Shown here piece after piece: positions 39,200-55,025 of a stretch of DNA of 64,000 nt. Location: assembly GCA_951406725.2 (NCBI GenBank), contig OX597829.1, positions 6,696,001-6,760,000 on the forward strand, in the 5' to 3' direction. Origin of the DNA: Octopus vulgaris (lineage: Eukaryota). Position numbers and translations under genes: made by a program. The notes under the pieces are model-generated. The model saw only the letters and a program-made list of their open reading frames with translations. It was not told where the DNA came from and ran no database searches. Position 1 is the stretch's first letter. Every line of letters starts with the position of its first letter.

Positions 39200-39800
39200 C
39201 CGTGCACTTAGCATTCATTTTAAGATTGGAATCAAATCTTTATAGTGGTGTTACTAACAATGTTAAATTTTGGTTTCTTCCCTATATATCAGAAAACCCA
39301 TCATTCCCAAACCCGCACTCCTCTTTTAAACTGTTTCAATTATTCGTTGCATCTCTCGTTCCATTGCAAAATCTTTCAAGACAAATCTGTAAAGAAATAT
39401 TGGGAATTACTTTCGCATATTGCCGATTTCGTTTTGCTTCTCTTCTGAGAACGTATTTTCATTTTTGTTTTTATATTCTTTTCTATAATCACGGATTACT
39501 ATTTCTTACACGCCTGCAGCGTTTCCTGAAAGACCTGCTTCGGGAAAATGTATTTGGGAAGTTCAAAGAAACTGATATACCATTGAATTACTTACAAGAG
39601 TGCAACTATAAGCAGATGAATTATCATTTTGCTTAGTCACAAAAGATTTCGTTTCAGGAGATGAGTAAATGACAGACTGTTATGGTTATGTATTTATCAG
39701 ACAAAGAATTGTCTACCTCAATTTGGAGTATAGCAGAAATTTTGTGAGTGAATGTTTTTATTCAGAACTTGTGAAAGATCGTTACAGTGGCTGCATGGAA
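39200..39800 (+). pseudogene. Possible decayed TIR-domain (Toll-like receptor) remnant
   Basis: CLVTKDFVSG (TIR box 2-like) followed by RIVYLNLEYSRNFVSECF (SxNFxxSEWC-like), preceded by ISENP and a hydrophobic stretch; weak, by eye. Confidence 0.3.
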
Positions 39801-41594
39801 TTTTGGATAGGAAACTTAATCCTTCAGTCGGTTATTACCGCCAGTAGGTACTTGGGTGCATTTAGCCTATATCATTCTGTAGCAAGCATTCAGATCAGGT
39901 TTCAGATCTTCTGCATCACAATCTATCAGCCGCAGGTGTCCTGAATAACGTCATAGGTGGTGACGTTATTCATGGCACATTCCAAGAAACAGCTGTAGTG
40001 AAGTATTAACTAATTTGGAATAGAAAACGCAATGCGAGCTAAATTTAACGGGTATTTCATCGTTCCTCCTTGATGTCCGTTAATCTTATTCGTGTCAGAG
40101 ACGAAACTATGACTTAGGTTAATACCATTTATTTTGAATTCATAATCAATAACCTGAAATATTATATTCTTCTTGACAATGAAAATAAATATTAACTGAT
40201 ACTCCTATGAAACATAAAGCTTAACACTATTGTTCATTTGAAGCAGCTAAGATATCAATGGTTCATCATAAGTGATGGACAGAAACCAAATCAACATATA
40301 TTTTCAAGCATAAATATATCAAGCTGTGTGTAGAGCTATGGTAATAGTTGGATGAAACGAATGAGTTTTGTCACCTTTTCTAAACATACATGCAAGAGAA
40401 GCCAAGATTTGCACAGCAAAATACTGAAGCATCCATTTTGCAGGGATTCATCTGCGCGTGGCGATGTAGACTTTATGGTTTATTTCTACCTCACTGATTA
40501 CTAAATAATGATACTATTGTTAACTAAGTTATTGGCCATGGAGATAGAAAACATATTTTCTGATAATATAGGGGGAAATATCCATTGTCTGGTCACTCGA
40601 TTTAATGCTCCTAGTCATTATGTTTGATAGTTTCTCCAAATGTACTAAATCTTTATGTAACTTCATTTTATAAACAAAATAATCATTAAAAAAACCAACT
40701 AAAAACAACATACAGCTAACCTTGAAATTAGACATTCATGCTTTTGCTTTAAAATCGGCATTTAATAAGAACAGTTGTATTTAAAAAGTCTACGACAAAT
40801 AAAATCTAGTAGTTTTATGAATTACATAGCTTTCTTCCTCCTCCACCCAGTTGAATCCATAGATGTACAAACTGAAGCAAACAGATTTGATTCGCGTACA
40901 AAGATTCTTCTGTCATTAAACAATTTCCATGTAAATTCATTAGCCATTTCATCACAGATACCAAGAGACAAGCATTTCTTTTAGATTATTTATGAGAACC
41001 AAAAGAGTTTTATAGATTATTGTCGAAATATGATGGAGCTTTAGCAATTCTTCTTGTTTTGTTTTGTGTATTTAATAATCGTTTCATGGCACTATAAAGC
41101 CGAACGAAGAATTATTTCAACAGCAAAATTAAAGGAAGCAAATTCGCAAACAATAACGGTTACAACAATAAAAATTACGAGAACGACAACATGATCGTCG
41201 TCAACAACAACAGCGTCCGCTAAAATTACAACAACAAGTAACAAACACTACTAATACAACCAACACCACCACCACCACCACCACCACCACCATGATAACA
41301 CAATAATAACTAATAGAGTTATCGGTGCTAAGAAGAATTCTATCCAAGTTTTTCTGATTCCTTTGATTGCTGAAAATGCTGGTATGCAAACGTATGAAAT
41401 TCTGTATGTGCGGACGCACGCGCACACAAACAGGCACACGCACGCACACACTCACACACACTCACACACACTCACACACGTGTGTCAATCCAAATAAATA
41501 GCGCATACTCCCAAATAATAAACTTATACCTATATATACAAATACAAATATAAATATATATTTTTTTATGCATGTATACACACGCACGCACACA

Positions 41595-41651
<57 letters not shown>

Positions 41652-41834
41652 GCCTATCTATCTATCTATCTATACATTTACCTACCTATCTATCTACCTA
41701 TCTATCTACCTATCTATCTATATACCTATCTATTTATCTACCTATATATATATAAATGGAGTTTAACGCAGGTAAAAATCAAATACTTTTACTTCCGACA
41801 CATGTTTCGAAGATTTCACTGATATTATTCGAAA

Positions 41835-41868
<34 letters not shown>

Positions 41869-42152
41869 CAACAATTGAGGGTAAAATTAATTAATTATTA
41901 ATCAATTTCACCAAGTGTTCAGTATGCAAAGGGACCATTTAAGGCGAATTCAAATTATTACAATATATAAAAGGGCTTAGTAAAATAAATTACTTTGCCG
42001 CATACTGAACTCATTAGAAATAGCAGCTAAAAAACTTTTTTAAAAAACCATTTCTAATACTTAAAGAAAATCTCTCTCGTATAGTGTTTGGTCAACTCAA
42101 CTCACGAAAGTTTGGGGGTAAAGACATAAAAAAATCAAATGCAAAGGTTATT

Positions 42153-42204
42153 TGAGAACGTACGTTTCAAGATTAGTCATCAAGACACTTCTATCATCAG
42201 CTCA
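42153..42204 (-). ncRNA. Minimal type-I hammerhead ribozyme motif (monomer 1)
   Basis: TGAG-CTGATGA-tAGA..GTC ttgat GAC..TCTt-GAAA-CGTACG-TT-CTCA; palindromic stem III ACGTACGT. Confidence 0.75.
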
Positions 42205-42714
42205 GAAACTCCTTGGTTTGGATTTGAAAACACTGAAAGTGAGAGCATACTCTTTCGGCCTCTCATCGCCTTCGAAGATCTGCTCGTAACTAACAGTGCC
42301 AACAAACTCAAACATGCAAGCGAAGAATTTCTGCCCTCCCCTTTCCACCAGCGTGGGTTAAAATCAACAAACACTCTGCTTATTTCGGTAAAATCCGAAG
42401 CATTAATTAGAGGGAGATTAATTATAATTTCAACAATTGAGGGTAAAATTAATTAATTATTAATCAATTTCACCAAGTGTTCAGTATGCAAAGGGACCAT
42501 TTAAGGCGAATTCAAATTATTACAATATATAAAAGGGCTTAGTAAAATAAATTACTTTGCCGCATACTGAACTCATTAGAAATAGCAGCTAAAAAACTTT
42601 TTTAAAAAACCATTTCTAATACTTAAAGAAAATCTCTCTCGTATAGTGTTTGGTCAACTCAACTCACGAAAGTTTGGGGGTAAAGACATAAAAAAATCAA
42701 ATGCAAAGGTTATT

Positions 42715-42766
42715 TGAGAACGTACGTTTCAAGATTAGTCATCAAGACACTTCTATCATCAGCTCA
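42715..42766 (-). ncRNA. Minimal type-I hammerhead ribozyme motif (monomer 2)
   Basis: Identical to 42153-42204, 562 nt away. Confidence 0.75.
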
Positions 42767-43997
42767 GAAACTCCTTGGTTTGGATTTGAAAACACTGAAA
42801 GTGAGAGCATACTCTTTCGGCCTCTCATCGCCTTCGAAGATCTGCTCGTAACTAACAGTGCCAACAAACTCAAACATGCAAGCGAAGAATTTCTGCCCTC
42901 CCCTTTCCACCAGCGTGGGTTAAAATCAACAAACACTCTGCTTATTTCGGTAAAATCCGAAGCATTAATTAGAGGAGATTAATTATAATTTCAACAATTG
43001 AGGGTAAAATTAATTAATTATTAATCAATTTCACCAAGTGTTCAGTATGCAAAGGGACCATTTAAGGCGAATTCAAATTATTACAATATATAAAAGGGCT
43101 TAGTAAAATAAATTACTTTGCCGCATACTATGCGGCAAAGTATTTATTTACTAAGCCCTTTTATATATTGTAATAATTTGAATTCGCCTTAAATTCCTTG
43201 CATACTGAACACTTGGTGAAATGATTAATAATTAATTAATTTTACCCTCAATTGTTGAAATTATAATTAATCTCCCTCTAATTAATGCTTCGATTTTACC
43301 GAAATAAGCAGAGTGTTTTTGTTTTAACCCACGCTGGTGGAAGGAGGCAGAAATTCTTCGCTCATGTTTGAGTTTGTTGGCACTGTTAGTTACGAGCAGA
43401 TCTTCGAAGCGATGAGAGCGAAAAGTATGCTCTCACTTTCAGTGTTTTCAAATCCACCAAGATTTCTGAGCTGATGATAAGTGTCTTGATGATAATCTTG
43501 AAACGTAGTTTCAAATAACCTTTGCATTTGATTTTTATGTCTTTACCCCAAACTTTCGTGAGTTGAGTTGACCAAACACTATACGAGAGAGATTTTCTTT
43601 AAGTATTAGAAATGGTTTTTTAAAAGGTGCTATTTCTAATGAGTTCAGTATGCGGCAAATAATTTATTTTACTAACCCTTTTATATATTGTAATAATTTG
43701 AATTCTTAAATGTCCCTTTGCATACTGAAACTTGGTGAAATTGATTAATAATTAATTAATTTTACCCTCAATTGTTGAAATTATAATTAATCTCCTCTAA
43801 TTAATGCTTCGGATTTTACCGAAATAAGCAGAGTGTTTGTTGATTTTAACCCACGCTGGTGGAAAGGAGGGCAGAAATTCTTCGCTTGCATGTTTGAGTT
43901 TGTTGGCACTGTTAGTTACGAGCAGATCTTCGAAACGATGAGAGGCCGAAAATATGCTCTCACTTTCAGTGTTTTCAAATCCAAACCAAGGAGTTTC

Positions 43998-44049
43998 TGA
44001 GCTGATGATAGAAGTGTCTTGATGACTAATCTTGAAACGTACGTTCTCA
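43998..44049 (+). ncRNA. Hammerhead motif in the inverted arm
   Basis: Same sequence on the plus strand; a deletion-damaged copy lies at 43467-43513. Confidence 0.7.
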
Positions 44050-44240
44050 AATAACCTTTGCATTTGATTTTTTTATGTCTTTACCCCCAAACTTTCGTGA
44101 GTTGAGTTGACCAAACACTATACGAGAGAGATTTTCTTTAAGTATTAGAAATGGTTTTTTAAAAAGTTTTTTAGCTGCTATTTCTAATGAGTTCAGTATG
44201 CGGCAAAGTAATTTATTTTACTAAGCCCTTTATATATTGT

Positions 44241-44477
<237 letters not shown>

Positions 44478-44501
44478 GAAAGTATATATATATGTATATG
44501 T

Positions 44502-44559
<58 letters not shown>

Positions 44560-44882
44560 TTATGTATGCTATAATTCGCTCCGAGGAAGGTACAGAATGA
44601 TACGCAAGCCCTCAGATCAAACTGCATCTGATCTTATAGCACAAATCCATTTAAGTTGATGATAGTAATCACATAACTGATAGTTATGCCACTCATCAGT
44701 TTGTATTACGCTTCAAACTTCTCGTATGGCTTTACTGTAAAGAGTAAGAAAGAATATTGTGTTGATGAGCTATACATCGGTGATCTCATATGTACACACA
44801 CACACATATATGTGTTGGTATGTATGTACATACATACATATATATATATATATATAATGCAGATATATATTATAATATATGA

Positions 44883-44917
<35 letters not shown>

Positions 44918-45386
44918 GTCTAGGGACGGTTGTTACGTCAATAAGAATAACAATAACACATTTACAAGTTCAAATCTACTTGTTAGTCGATTGGTCAATT
45001 GGTCAAATACCCAAACAGATAGCTTCTTTAATGTCTAGATGAAACAATCGGCTGTTGCTACTCAAACTCTTCCGTCAAAACTCTTCTGTCGCCAACTTTT
45101 TACTTACTCGTTTCTCTCGCTGCAAGGACTGCTCTGTGTCTCTCTGAGAAGTGGTCATATCTCCGCATGTATGTATGCTTCTATGAGTGTGTGTAGATGT
45201 GTGTTTGCTTAAAAGAAGAGGGGGTGATGTTCATTAATCTGTAATTAATCTGATGGGTTACTCTATACTACTGGAGAGTATAAATTGATTCTTCAAGTGA
45301 AATATTTGTGACAGTGACTTTCACGACACTCACAGTGACTACCAATAATGTTCAGTTTTAAGAGTATGTGTATATATATATATATA

Positions 45387-45575
45387 GGGAGAGTTTACGA
45401 CAAAAACAAAAGACGAATACTGGTGGTGTACAAAACAAACAGATGTATTAGTATAACGCTCAGGAATAGAAAAAGTCTTTTACGTTTCGAGCCTCCGCTC
45501 TTCTACAGAAAGGGACACAGAAAAAAACAATGAGAGAAAAAATGTGTGTAGTGGCTAACGATCTATCATGGCGAC
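45387..45575 (-). mobile_element. Short repeat family C with hammerhead variant (45477-45512)
   Basis: Minus strand CTTT-CTGTAGA-a-GAGC ggag GCTC-GAAA-CG-TA-AAAG; flanked by TA repeats. Confidence 0.7.
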
Positions 45576-46212
45576 TGTATATATATATACATACATATTT
45601 GTGTGTGTATGTATGCACATGCATGCATGTATACCTACATACAGACACACATACATACTTACATACATACATACATATAAAGTCCTAGGATGGTAGAGGT
45701 GCAGAAAATCCAGGTTTCACAACGGTAAAACCATCGTGTTGGTTTAGCGAAGAGTAGAATATAATCTAAATAAAAAGACAGAGAAATTCTTTAACACATT
45801 TCTAATGATTAATTACAATTGTTTCTGTTCCAATTCTGCTTCCGACGGCAGTTCACGCAAAAGTTCCAGATGAAATAAACATGTATTTATATTCATATAT
45901 GTATATATACATGTGTGTTTGTGTGTGTATGTGTGATCATTTGTGCATAAGAAATGCTCTACAAGAAATATGTGACTAATGTGTACGTTTGAAATGTTGA
46001 GTGAGATTGTAATGTAATGAGTTGATGTTTTCCATATAGAGATAGGATGTTAATAGGAACTAAGGCATAAAGGGAATCAGCGCAAATCCATTCTGTGCTG
46101 TTAATAATAACTATAACAACATCGACGACAACAACGATGATGTAAATAATGCTGACGATGATGATGATGATGACGATAACAACAACAACAACAATAGTAA
46201 TTGGTAGAATGT

Positions 46213-46647
46213 GGAAGAGGAGGGGGAGGAGAAGGAGAAGAAGAAGAAGAAGAAGAAGAAGAAGAAGAAGGAGGAGGGGAAGAAGAAGAAGAAGAAGGAG
46301 GGGAAGAAGAAGAAGAAGAAGGAGGGGAAGAAGAAGAAGAAGAAGAAGAAGAAGAAGAAGAAGAAGAAGAAGAAGAAGAAGAAGAAGAATGAGGGGGAAG
46401 AAGAAGAAGAAGAAGAAGAAGAAGAAGAAGAAGAAGAAGAAGGAGGAGGAGGGGGAAGAAGAAGAAGAAGAAGGAGGGGGAAGAAGAAGAAGAAGAAGGA
46501 GGAGGAAGAAGAAGAAGAAGAAGAAGAAGGAGGGGGAAGAAGAAGAAGAAGGAGGGGGAAGAAGAAGAAGAAGAAGGAGGGGGAAGAAGAAGAAGAAGAA
46601 GGAGGGGAGGAAGAAGAAGAAGAAGAAGGAGGGGGAAGAAGAAGAAA
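46213..46647. repeat. (GAA)n/(GGA)n polypurine tract
   Basis: Directly visible; explains the poly-E/K/R ORFs. Confidence 0.97.
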
Positions 46648-47279
46648 ATTTCAAGGTAGAAAAAAGAAGGTAAAACACTAAGCTAGCTGTGCAGATGAGC
46701 CTGTCCGCTTAGCACAGCAGACCATGTGGCCAATTTACTCTACGGCACGTGGTGCACCGGTGACTGACCTCCTGGTTACAGATTTCTAAGTGTGAGTTAG
46801 CTTCAATGCAACACCAGCTTAACACACTTTAAGCAACAAAACTGCATCTGTTCCTCTTGCTACCGTTTCATTAAACCTTCTGTATTTCTGACGCACCTAA
46901 GGGTTGCCTTTAATAGAAGTGGATGTTACGACAAGCCTATTGTTATTTGCTTTTGCTGTTAGTTCGATGAGGCTTTTTTTTTTTCCTCGTAGCAAAAGTA
47001 GTAATAGCAGCAGCAGCAATGATGACAGTGAGGATACTAATAGTTGTAGCTGTACTAGTAGAATATTTGTGGTATCGGTTTGGTTTTCTTAATAATTCTT
47101 TACTTATTTGCGTGTAACTATTGTATATATGGTTGTGTGTGTCTGTATATATAATTTGCTGGTTACGATTTTTCTTCTTTTTTGCCACTGACGCCGTCTT
47201 TTCACCCTCCAAACTCTCTCTTTCCCGTTCTTTCTTCATCCCGGTGTCTTTCACATTTATCACCTTTATTTTGTATCTT

Positions 47280-47480
47280 TTTTACTTTTGCAGTAATTTG
47301 ACTGCGGCCATGCTGGGGCAGCGCCAGGAAGTGTTTTAGTGAAACAATTCGAACCTAGAGCTTAACTTTTTTAAAGTCGAGTACTTATTCTATCAGTCTC
47401 TATTGCCGAACCGCTAGTTAAAAGGAATATAAACACACTAACACCAGTTGTTAAGCTGTGGTGATGGAACAAACAGACAT
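47280..47480 (-). mobile_element. SINE 3' half
   Basis: tttgactgcggccatgctggggcagcgcc...gtacttattctatcagtctc...gccgaaccgcta. Confidence 0.75.
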
Positions 47481-47496
47481 AAAGCCATACGCACAT

Positions 47497-47556
<60 letters not shown>

Positions 47557-47585
47557 TATATATATTTTATATATATATATATATT

Positions 47586-47663
<78 letters not shown>

Positions 47664-47797
47664 TATATATATTTATATTTATATATATATTAAAATATAT
47701 ATATTTATATTTATATATATATATTTATATATATATATATTTATATTTATATATATATATTTATATATATATATATTTATATTTATATATATATATT

Positions 47798-47829
<32 letters not shown>

Positions 47830-47954
47830 TATACATATATATATATATATATATATATTAAAATATATATATTTATTTATATATATATTTATTTATATAT
47901 ATATATATATACGTATACATATATACACACGCACGCACACACACTCACACACAC

Positions 47955-48001
<47 letters not shown>

Positions 48002-48089
48002 CAGAGAGAGAGAGAGAGAAGGAGGGAGAGAGAGAAGGAGAGAGAGAGAAGGAGAGAGAGAGAGAGAGTAAAGTCTATTTGCCATCGTT

Positions 48090-48475
48090 AAGTGACAGTC
48101 CTTATTTGGACGGTGTTACTACCTTTTTTAGCCCCAGGAAAACGTTCTTTTACTTTGATAAATAGACTTTACTCTGTAGTGCTGTTACTACTTATGTTTT
48201 TCCCTTTACGAGATCAGTGTTTGTGTGTCACTTTAAAATTATATACTTCAAACAAAGCCTAGTGCTGCTATCTCTAGCGAACACTTATCCTGTCTCGATG
48301 AAGTAAAATAATCCAGAAACCATTGATCCGGTGGTACCGTTTAAGGCAGAGTGTGGACATTAGCTCCCTTGATCGAGGTATAAGGACGTAGTTGTGCTGA
48401 AAAACATGTTTTCTTGGGGCTAAAAAAGGCAGTAAAACCGTCCTAATTAGGACAGCCACATTAGTTTGGCACTCT
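48090..48475. mobile_element. Fold-back element, family B (decayed)
   Basis: gtccttatttggacggtgttactacctttttagccccaggaaaac inverted against gttttcttggggctaaaaaaggcagtaaaaccgtcctaattaggac; HHR remnant tcgatgaagtaaaataatccagaaac at ~48295-48320. Confidence 0.6.
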
Positions 48476-48869
48476 CTAGTACTGTTAGTACTTATTGCTC
48501 GATCAAAGATTTAAATCTAACTTTTTTTCTCATATATATATATATATATATATATATTTGTAAAAAATGAAGTTCGAAAATGCTGCTGTATTATACAATT
48601 TTTAATTTTTATATATACATTATAACATGTTTCAGTTCCTAAAATGAACCTTATCAAAAAAAGTTATATATAAAAAGAGACAGCTCATGCCGTCAAACAC
48701 AAGAAATTCATTTATAATACACAACGGAGTCAGACATCTTAGAGTTCATGTATAGTTGATATATAGTTCATGTATAGTTGATATATAGTTTGAAGTATAT
48801 TTCAAAGTGTTCGATGCAGTGGCCCACGGTGGCGATACGTATTCAATACAAAATATATATATATATATG

Positions 48870-48944
<75 letters not shown>

Positions 48945-48946
48945 AT

Positions 48947-49045
<99 letters not shown>

Positions 49046-49661
49046 CAGTAGTTATCTAAAGCTTGCGTACACACTTGGTAGTATACCGATTAAAGCAGTT
49101 TCACTGTCTATGGCTAACTGATGTCTTCCACAGGATGAATATGAAAGCCACTGGATCTACTTCGGGAATTATTCAGTGTTCATCGAGTGTGTAACAAAAT
49201 AAGAGAAAGAGAAAATGGAATTCACGCGATCCTGTATTAATCATTAAGATTGTTTCGACGCATTCTGCATCGGTCCCATGTGGGTGAGATTTTGTACAGA
49301 TGGCTGTGCTGCTTCATTCGGTGAGGATGTGCCGCGGCACGTTATATATCGCTCATTAATCTCTGTTTCGCATATTTCGATTGGAATAAAGTTTCTTCAT
49401 TTACCAGTAGCTAGTGGCGTACAAGTGAGAGATCAGAATTTAGAAAAAATGTCACGAAAGGAGTGAAAGGAATGATTTTAAAATAGTACTTACATTTGTT
49501 TTAACCTATTGCATTCATATTCCACATGACAGAACTTAGATCAATATAAGAAATTATTATCACGCCTCTATGAAACAGTATGGCTGAAAGGTTGAGACGT
49601 TAGTTTCATAAACTTGAGATTTCCGGTTCGATCCTACTGCTAGGCATCTTGTGCAAATATC

Positions 49662-51399
<1,738 letters not shown>

Positions 51400-52463
51400 T
51401 ATCAATAGATAATGTGTACCTCTTTCCCGGATAAATTCCATTTGTAAGTTGAGTTCATTGTCGTGACCTGTAAGGATGAGATATTCTGGAACCTTTTAGA
51501 GCTTAAATTGGTTTATACTTCCCTCTTATCTTACCTGTTTCTGATATCACTTTCTCAATTTTTTTAAATTTCACTTTTCTTTTTATATAACATATAATAA
51601 TACACAGATTTTGCAACACATTGATTATAAACCTTTTCGCTCTCTGCCCTTGATGTTTATCTAGATCCCATTGTAGCGTCCTATATTTCATAGCGTAGGG
51701 GCCCTTTTAACTGAAAATAATGAAAAGTGTTTACGTCACCCCCACCTACCTCTTTTTATGGACTTTTTGCACTATCTAATTGAATTCTTCTAAAGTTTGT
51801 TTCTTTATGTGTTAAGGGGTACTTAAGAAATTAAGATTCGAGGGAACATCTAACAATATTTATTTACAACCTGCAGCCAGTTCTGAACTGTCAACTCTTA
51901 ATGCTTTTATTCACAATAAACGCAGTCTACTACCATTAGATCTTTTAATGGTGATAGATAAAAATTAGAAATGAATTACAACCGCATGGTCTATTCCTGC
52001 CACTCCAAAATTGTAGCTGTTTTTCTCTTAGATGATTTCTGCTGTAATAATGGCAACGTGGAATTCCTTCATCTTTTAGCTCTCTTTTTTTTTGCAACAG
52101 ACGATGACACTACATTTGAACTGATGTAATGCTTGTATTGTTCGATTGAATGGTGCCGTCTGAAATGGTCGTATTACGTTAACACCTGACATCATGTTAC
52201 TAATTTCATTTTATTCACCTTACTTCCGGGTGTGCGGATAATACCGGACTGACTTGGTGCCTCAACTTAAGGGCCTAATTCAATTGAATCTTAAATATAT
52301 CTTTGTATATGAGTATATGTATATAAAATGATAAGAGAATATATACATAGAGACAGTGAGAATATAACAATATGAGTGTGTGTCTGTGTATATATATGGC
52401 AAATGGAAGATGGAAGTGATTATTATTAATCACGACAATTGTTTCGGCACATCTAGCATCAAT

Positions 52464-52548
<85 letters not shown>

Positions 52549-52642
52549 ATTTATTTATTTTTTTATCTAGTTTCAGCTCACAAGCTGTGGCCATGCTGGG
52601 GCACCACCCTATATATATATATATATATATATACTCTTATTA

Positions 52643-52681
<39 letters not shown>

Positions 52682-52694
52682 TTTTTTTTTTGTT

Positions 52695-54190
52695 TTATTA
52701 ATTTCGGTTATGTGTCTGCGGTCGTACTAGAGCACCACCGTGATATTTCACTTTTACTTATGACTCTTCTTCGGCTGATTTCCCCCAGGGTGGTGCGGTT
52801 TCATCATCACTCCTGTATGTGCTATTTTCTTGGTTGTTGATCCATTTTCTGTATGAGGGAGATTCACACCGCTGCCCTTCTCTCTACCTCATGGAGGGCC
52901 GTCGGCTTATCTGGTATGTGGAGTACACAATGTTATTTCTTTTTTGATGACATTAATGCGCACATTGTGTAGGTTACTTAATTTTTGTGTCATGGCATTG
53001 GCGTGCTGCAGGTCTTTGGAACCTAAGCTATTGCATTGCTTTCTCTTGTATTTAGACGGAATGGACTGTACCTCTGTAAAATACAACGGCATCCAGTTCG
53101 GGCATTTATATAACATTGTGTTTCACCTTCACTTTAGGGAATAAAGTCGTAGGTTTTTCATCTGCTGCACTGTTACAATCCTTTCACTGTAGAGACATTG
53201 GACTGCTTCAATCTTCGCTCTTAGTTTGGCGTTATGTGGTGACCATAGCTGAGAGGTGTAGTACAGGTAGCTGAGAACAAAAGATCTCCACAGGCTCAAC
53301 ATAACTTCTTGGTCTCTTACCTTAAAGGACATTAGTATCCACCCTGTCTGTTGTCTGCACTTTGTTGCTATCTTGGCAATGCACATACTGATTCCGAAGT
53401 ATGTTACTCTGTGATTGCAGTACCTTCATGGTCCGTATATGAAGGCTGCGCTGCATTTGTGAGCTGATAGTGCAGTGCTTGAAATTTTCCAGTGTTAAAC
53501 TGTACATCGTTTACTTCGAAAACCACTTTTACTTTGCATGTAGGTCCCATTGTATGCTTGCGAGGTCATCTGAATTCTTTATTGCTTGTGATAGCTTTTT
53601 GCATCATTAATGTAGATAGTGACACCCGCTGTCTGAGTAAACATGAGCATGTCTAAGACAGTTATTATAAACAGTAATGGTTCCAGGGCAATTCTCTAGG
53701 GAACGCTACTTAGAATTTGAGCTTTCACAGAGAGGGCTGCAACTGCCTCACTTCTGTCTTTAAGGAAATCATGCAACCACTCTCCAAGTTTACTAGTAGC
53801 TTGTGACATATCGTACCATGATCTACGTTCTCAAAGGCCTTCGCGAAGCCAAGATATATTATACTGCCATCTAAATAGTCAGGGAGCTGTTTCAAACCCC
53901 AGGCATGGTGCTGTAAGTGATGTGTGACGCAGCTTCCTCCTGAATGAAACTCATATTGTGTATTGTTTAGTTCGTAATTTTCTTCTTGGAACATTATCAG
54001 TGTCTTTTTGATGATTTGTTCCATGACTTTACGTATAAGTGAAGTCACAGAGATTGGCCAGAGTATTTAACCTCCGCTCTGCTCCTACCTTTGTGGATAG
54101 GGCATATAATGCCTTCTTTATGCTCTTTAGGAAGTTTATCACTTGCAAGGAAACTCTGGAAAATATCTGAAATGGTTTCGCTAAAGCCTG
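52695..54190 (-). mobile_element. Decayed CR1-type LINE, 3' portion
   Basis: IYLGFAKAFENVDHGTICHKL, KCRQQTGWIL, SQLWSPH, LRLYSLK; colinear with 14696-16507; UTR-like end at ~52695-52742. Confidence 0.88.
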
Positions 54191-54878
54191 CTTATATGAT
54201 CTCATGTGTGTGTCTCTCTCTCTTACTCTCTCTCTCTCGCTCTCTCTCTATTACTCTCTTTCTCTCGTGCCTGGATTCCAGAAAATAGTGCGGATACATC
54301 TCCAAGATTTAGTTCCTGGCAAATCACAAATTAACAGGTGTGATTAAGCGATGGGTCAACTTCATGCTGTAAAAAATAAGACGAGCATTTGAAAATGCCG
54401 CCATCAAAACATCATCCTTCCATAAGGCCTCAAAAAAATTAGATAAATCTAAAGTATTCTGTTTTCTTATTAACCCATGTGACCATATATCTTTTGAAAC
54501 TAATTTTGTTACGATTAATTTTGAAAATAATTGAGAAATTTACTAAAATAACATTTTCATTCATGTGAACTTTCCGCACGACTGTCACGTGAGAATAATA
54601 CATGAACGTTGACCAATCAATTTGTACGTTAACGGATAGCGTTCTCAGCCCCATTCCTACTTTAAGAACAAACATTTTCTATGACAACGGCCAGAATATA
54701 CATAATTCGGAACAAAATTCCATACACGATACACAGTTGACATTTTGTTCTCAAACCGGTATTCTAATATTTTACATTATAATTAAATTCTAATTAATTG
54801 TAATTTATTCTGTGTATATTTTTGCTATTCCTCGGATTGTTTGGTTCAATATCTATCTATATATATATATATTATATA

Positions 54879-54955
<77 letters not shown>

Positions 54956-54967
54956 ATATTATATATA

Positions 54968-55025
<58 letters not shown>

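Noticed and set aside
42235-42277. Possible second hammerhead in the monomer (minus: GCGATGA gaggcc GAAA GAG tatg CTC TC)
   Set aside because: Core lacks CU, there is no room for stem II, and stem I register is poor; may be chance
42139-42456. 105-aa ORF in the 562-nt unit as a protein gene
   Set aside because: No recognisable domain, altered by an indel in the next unit, antisense to the hammerhead, and not conserved in the 31030 copy
45959-46681. Poly-E/K/R/L ORFs
   Set aside because: Frames of a (GAA)n tract; no exon evidence
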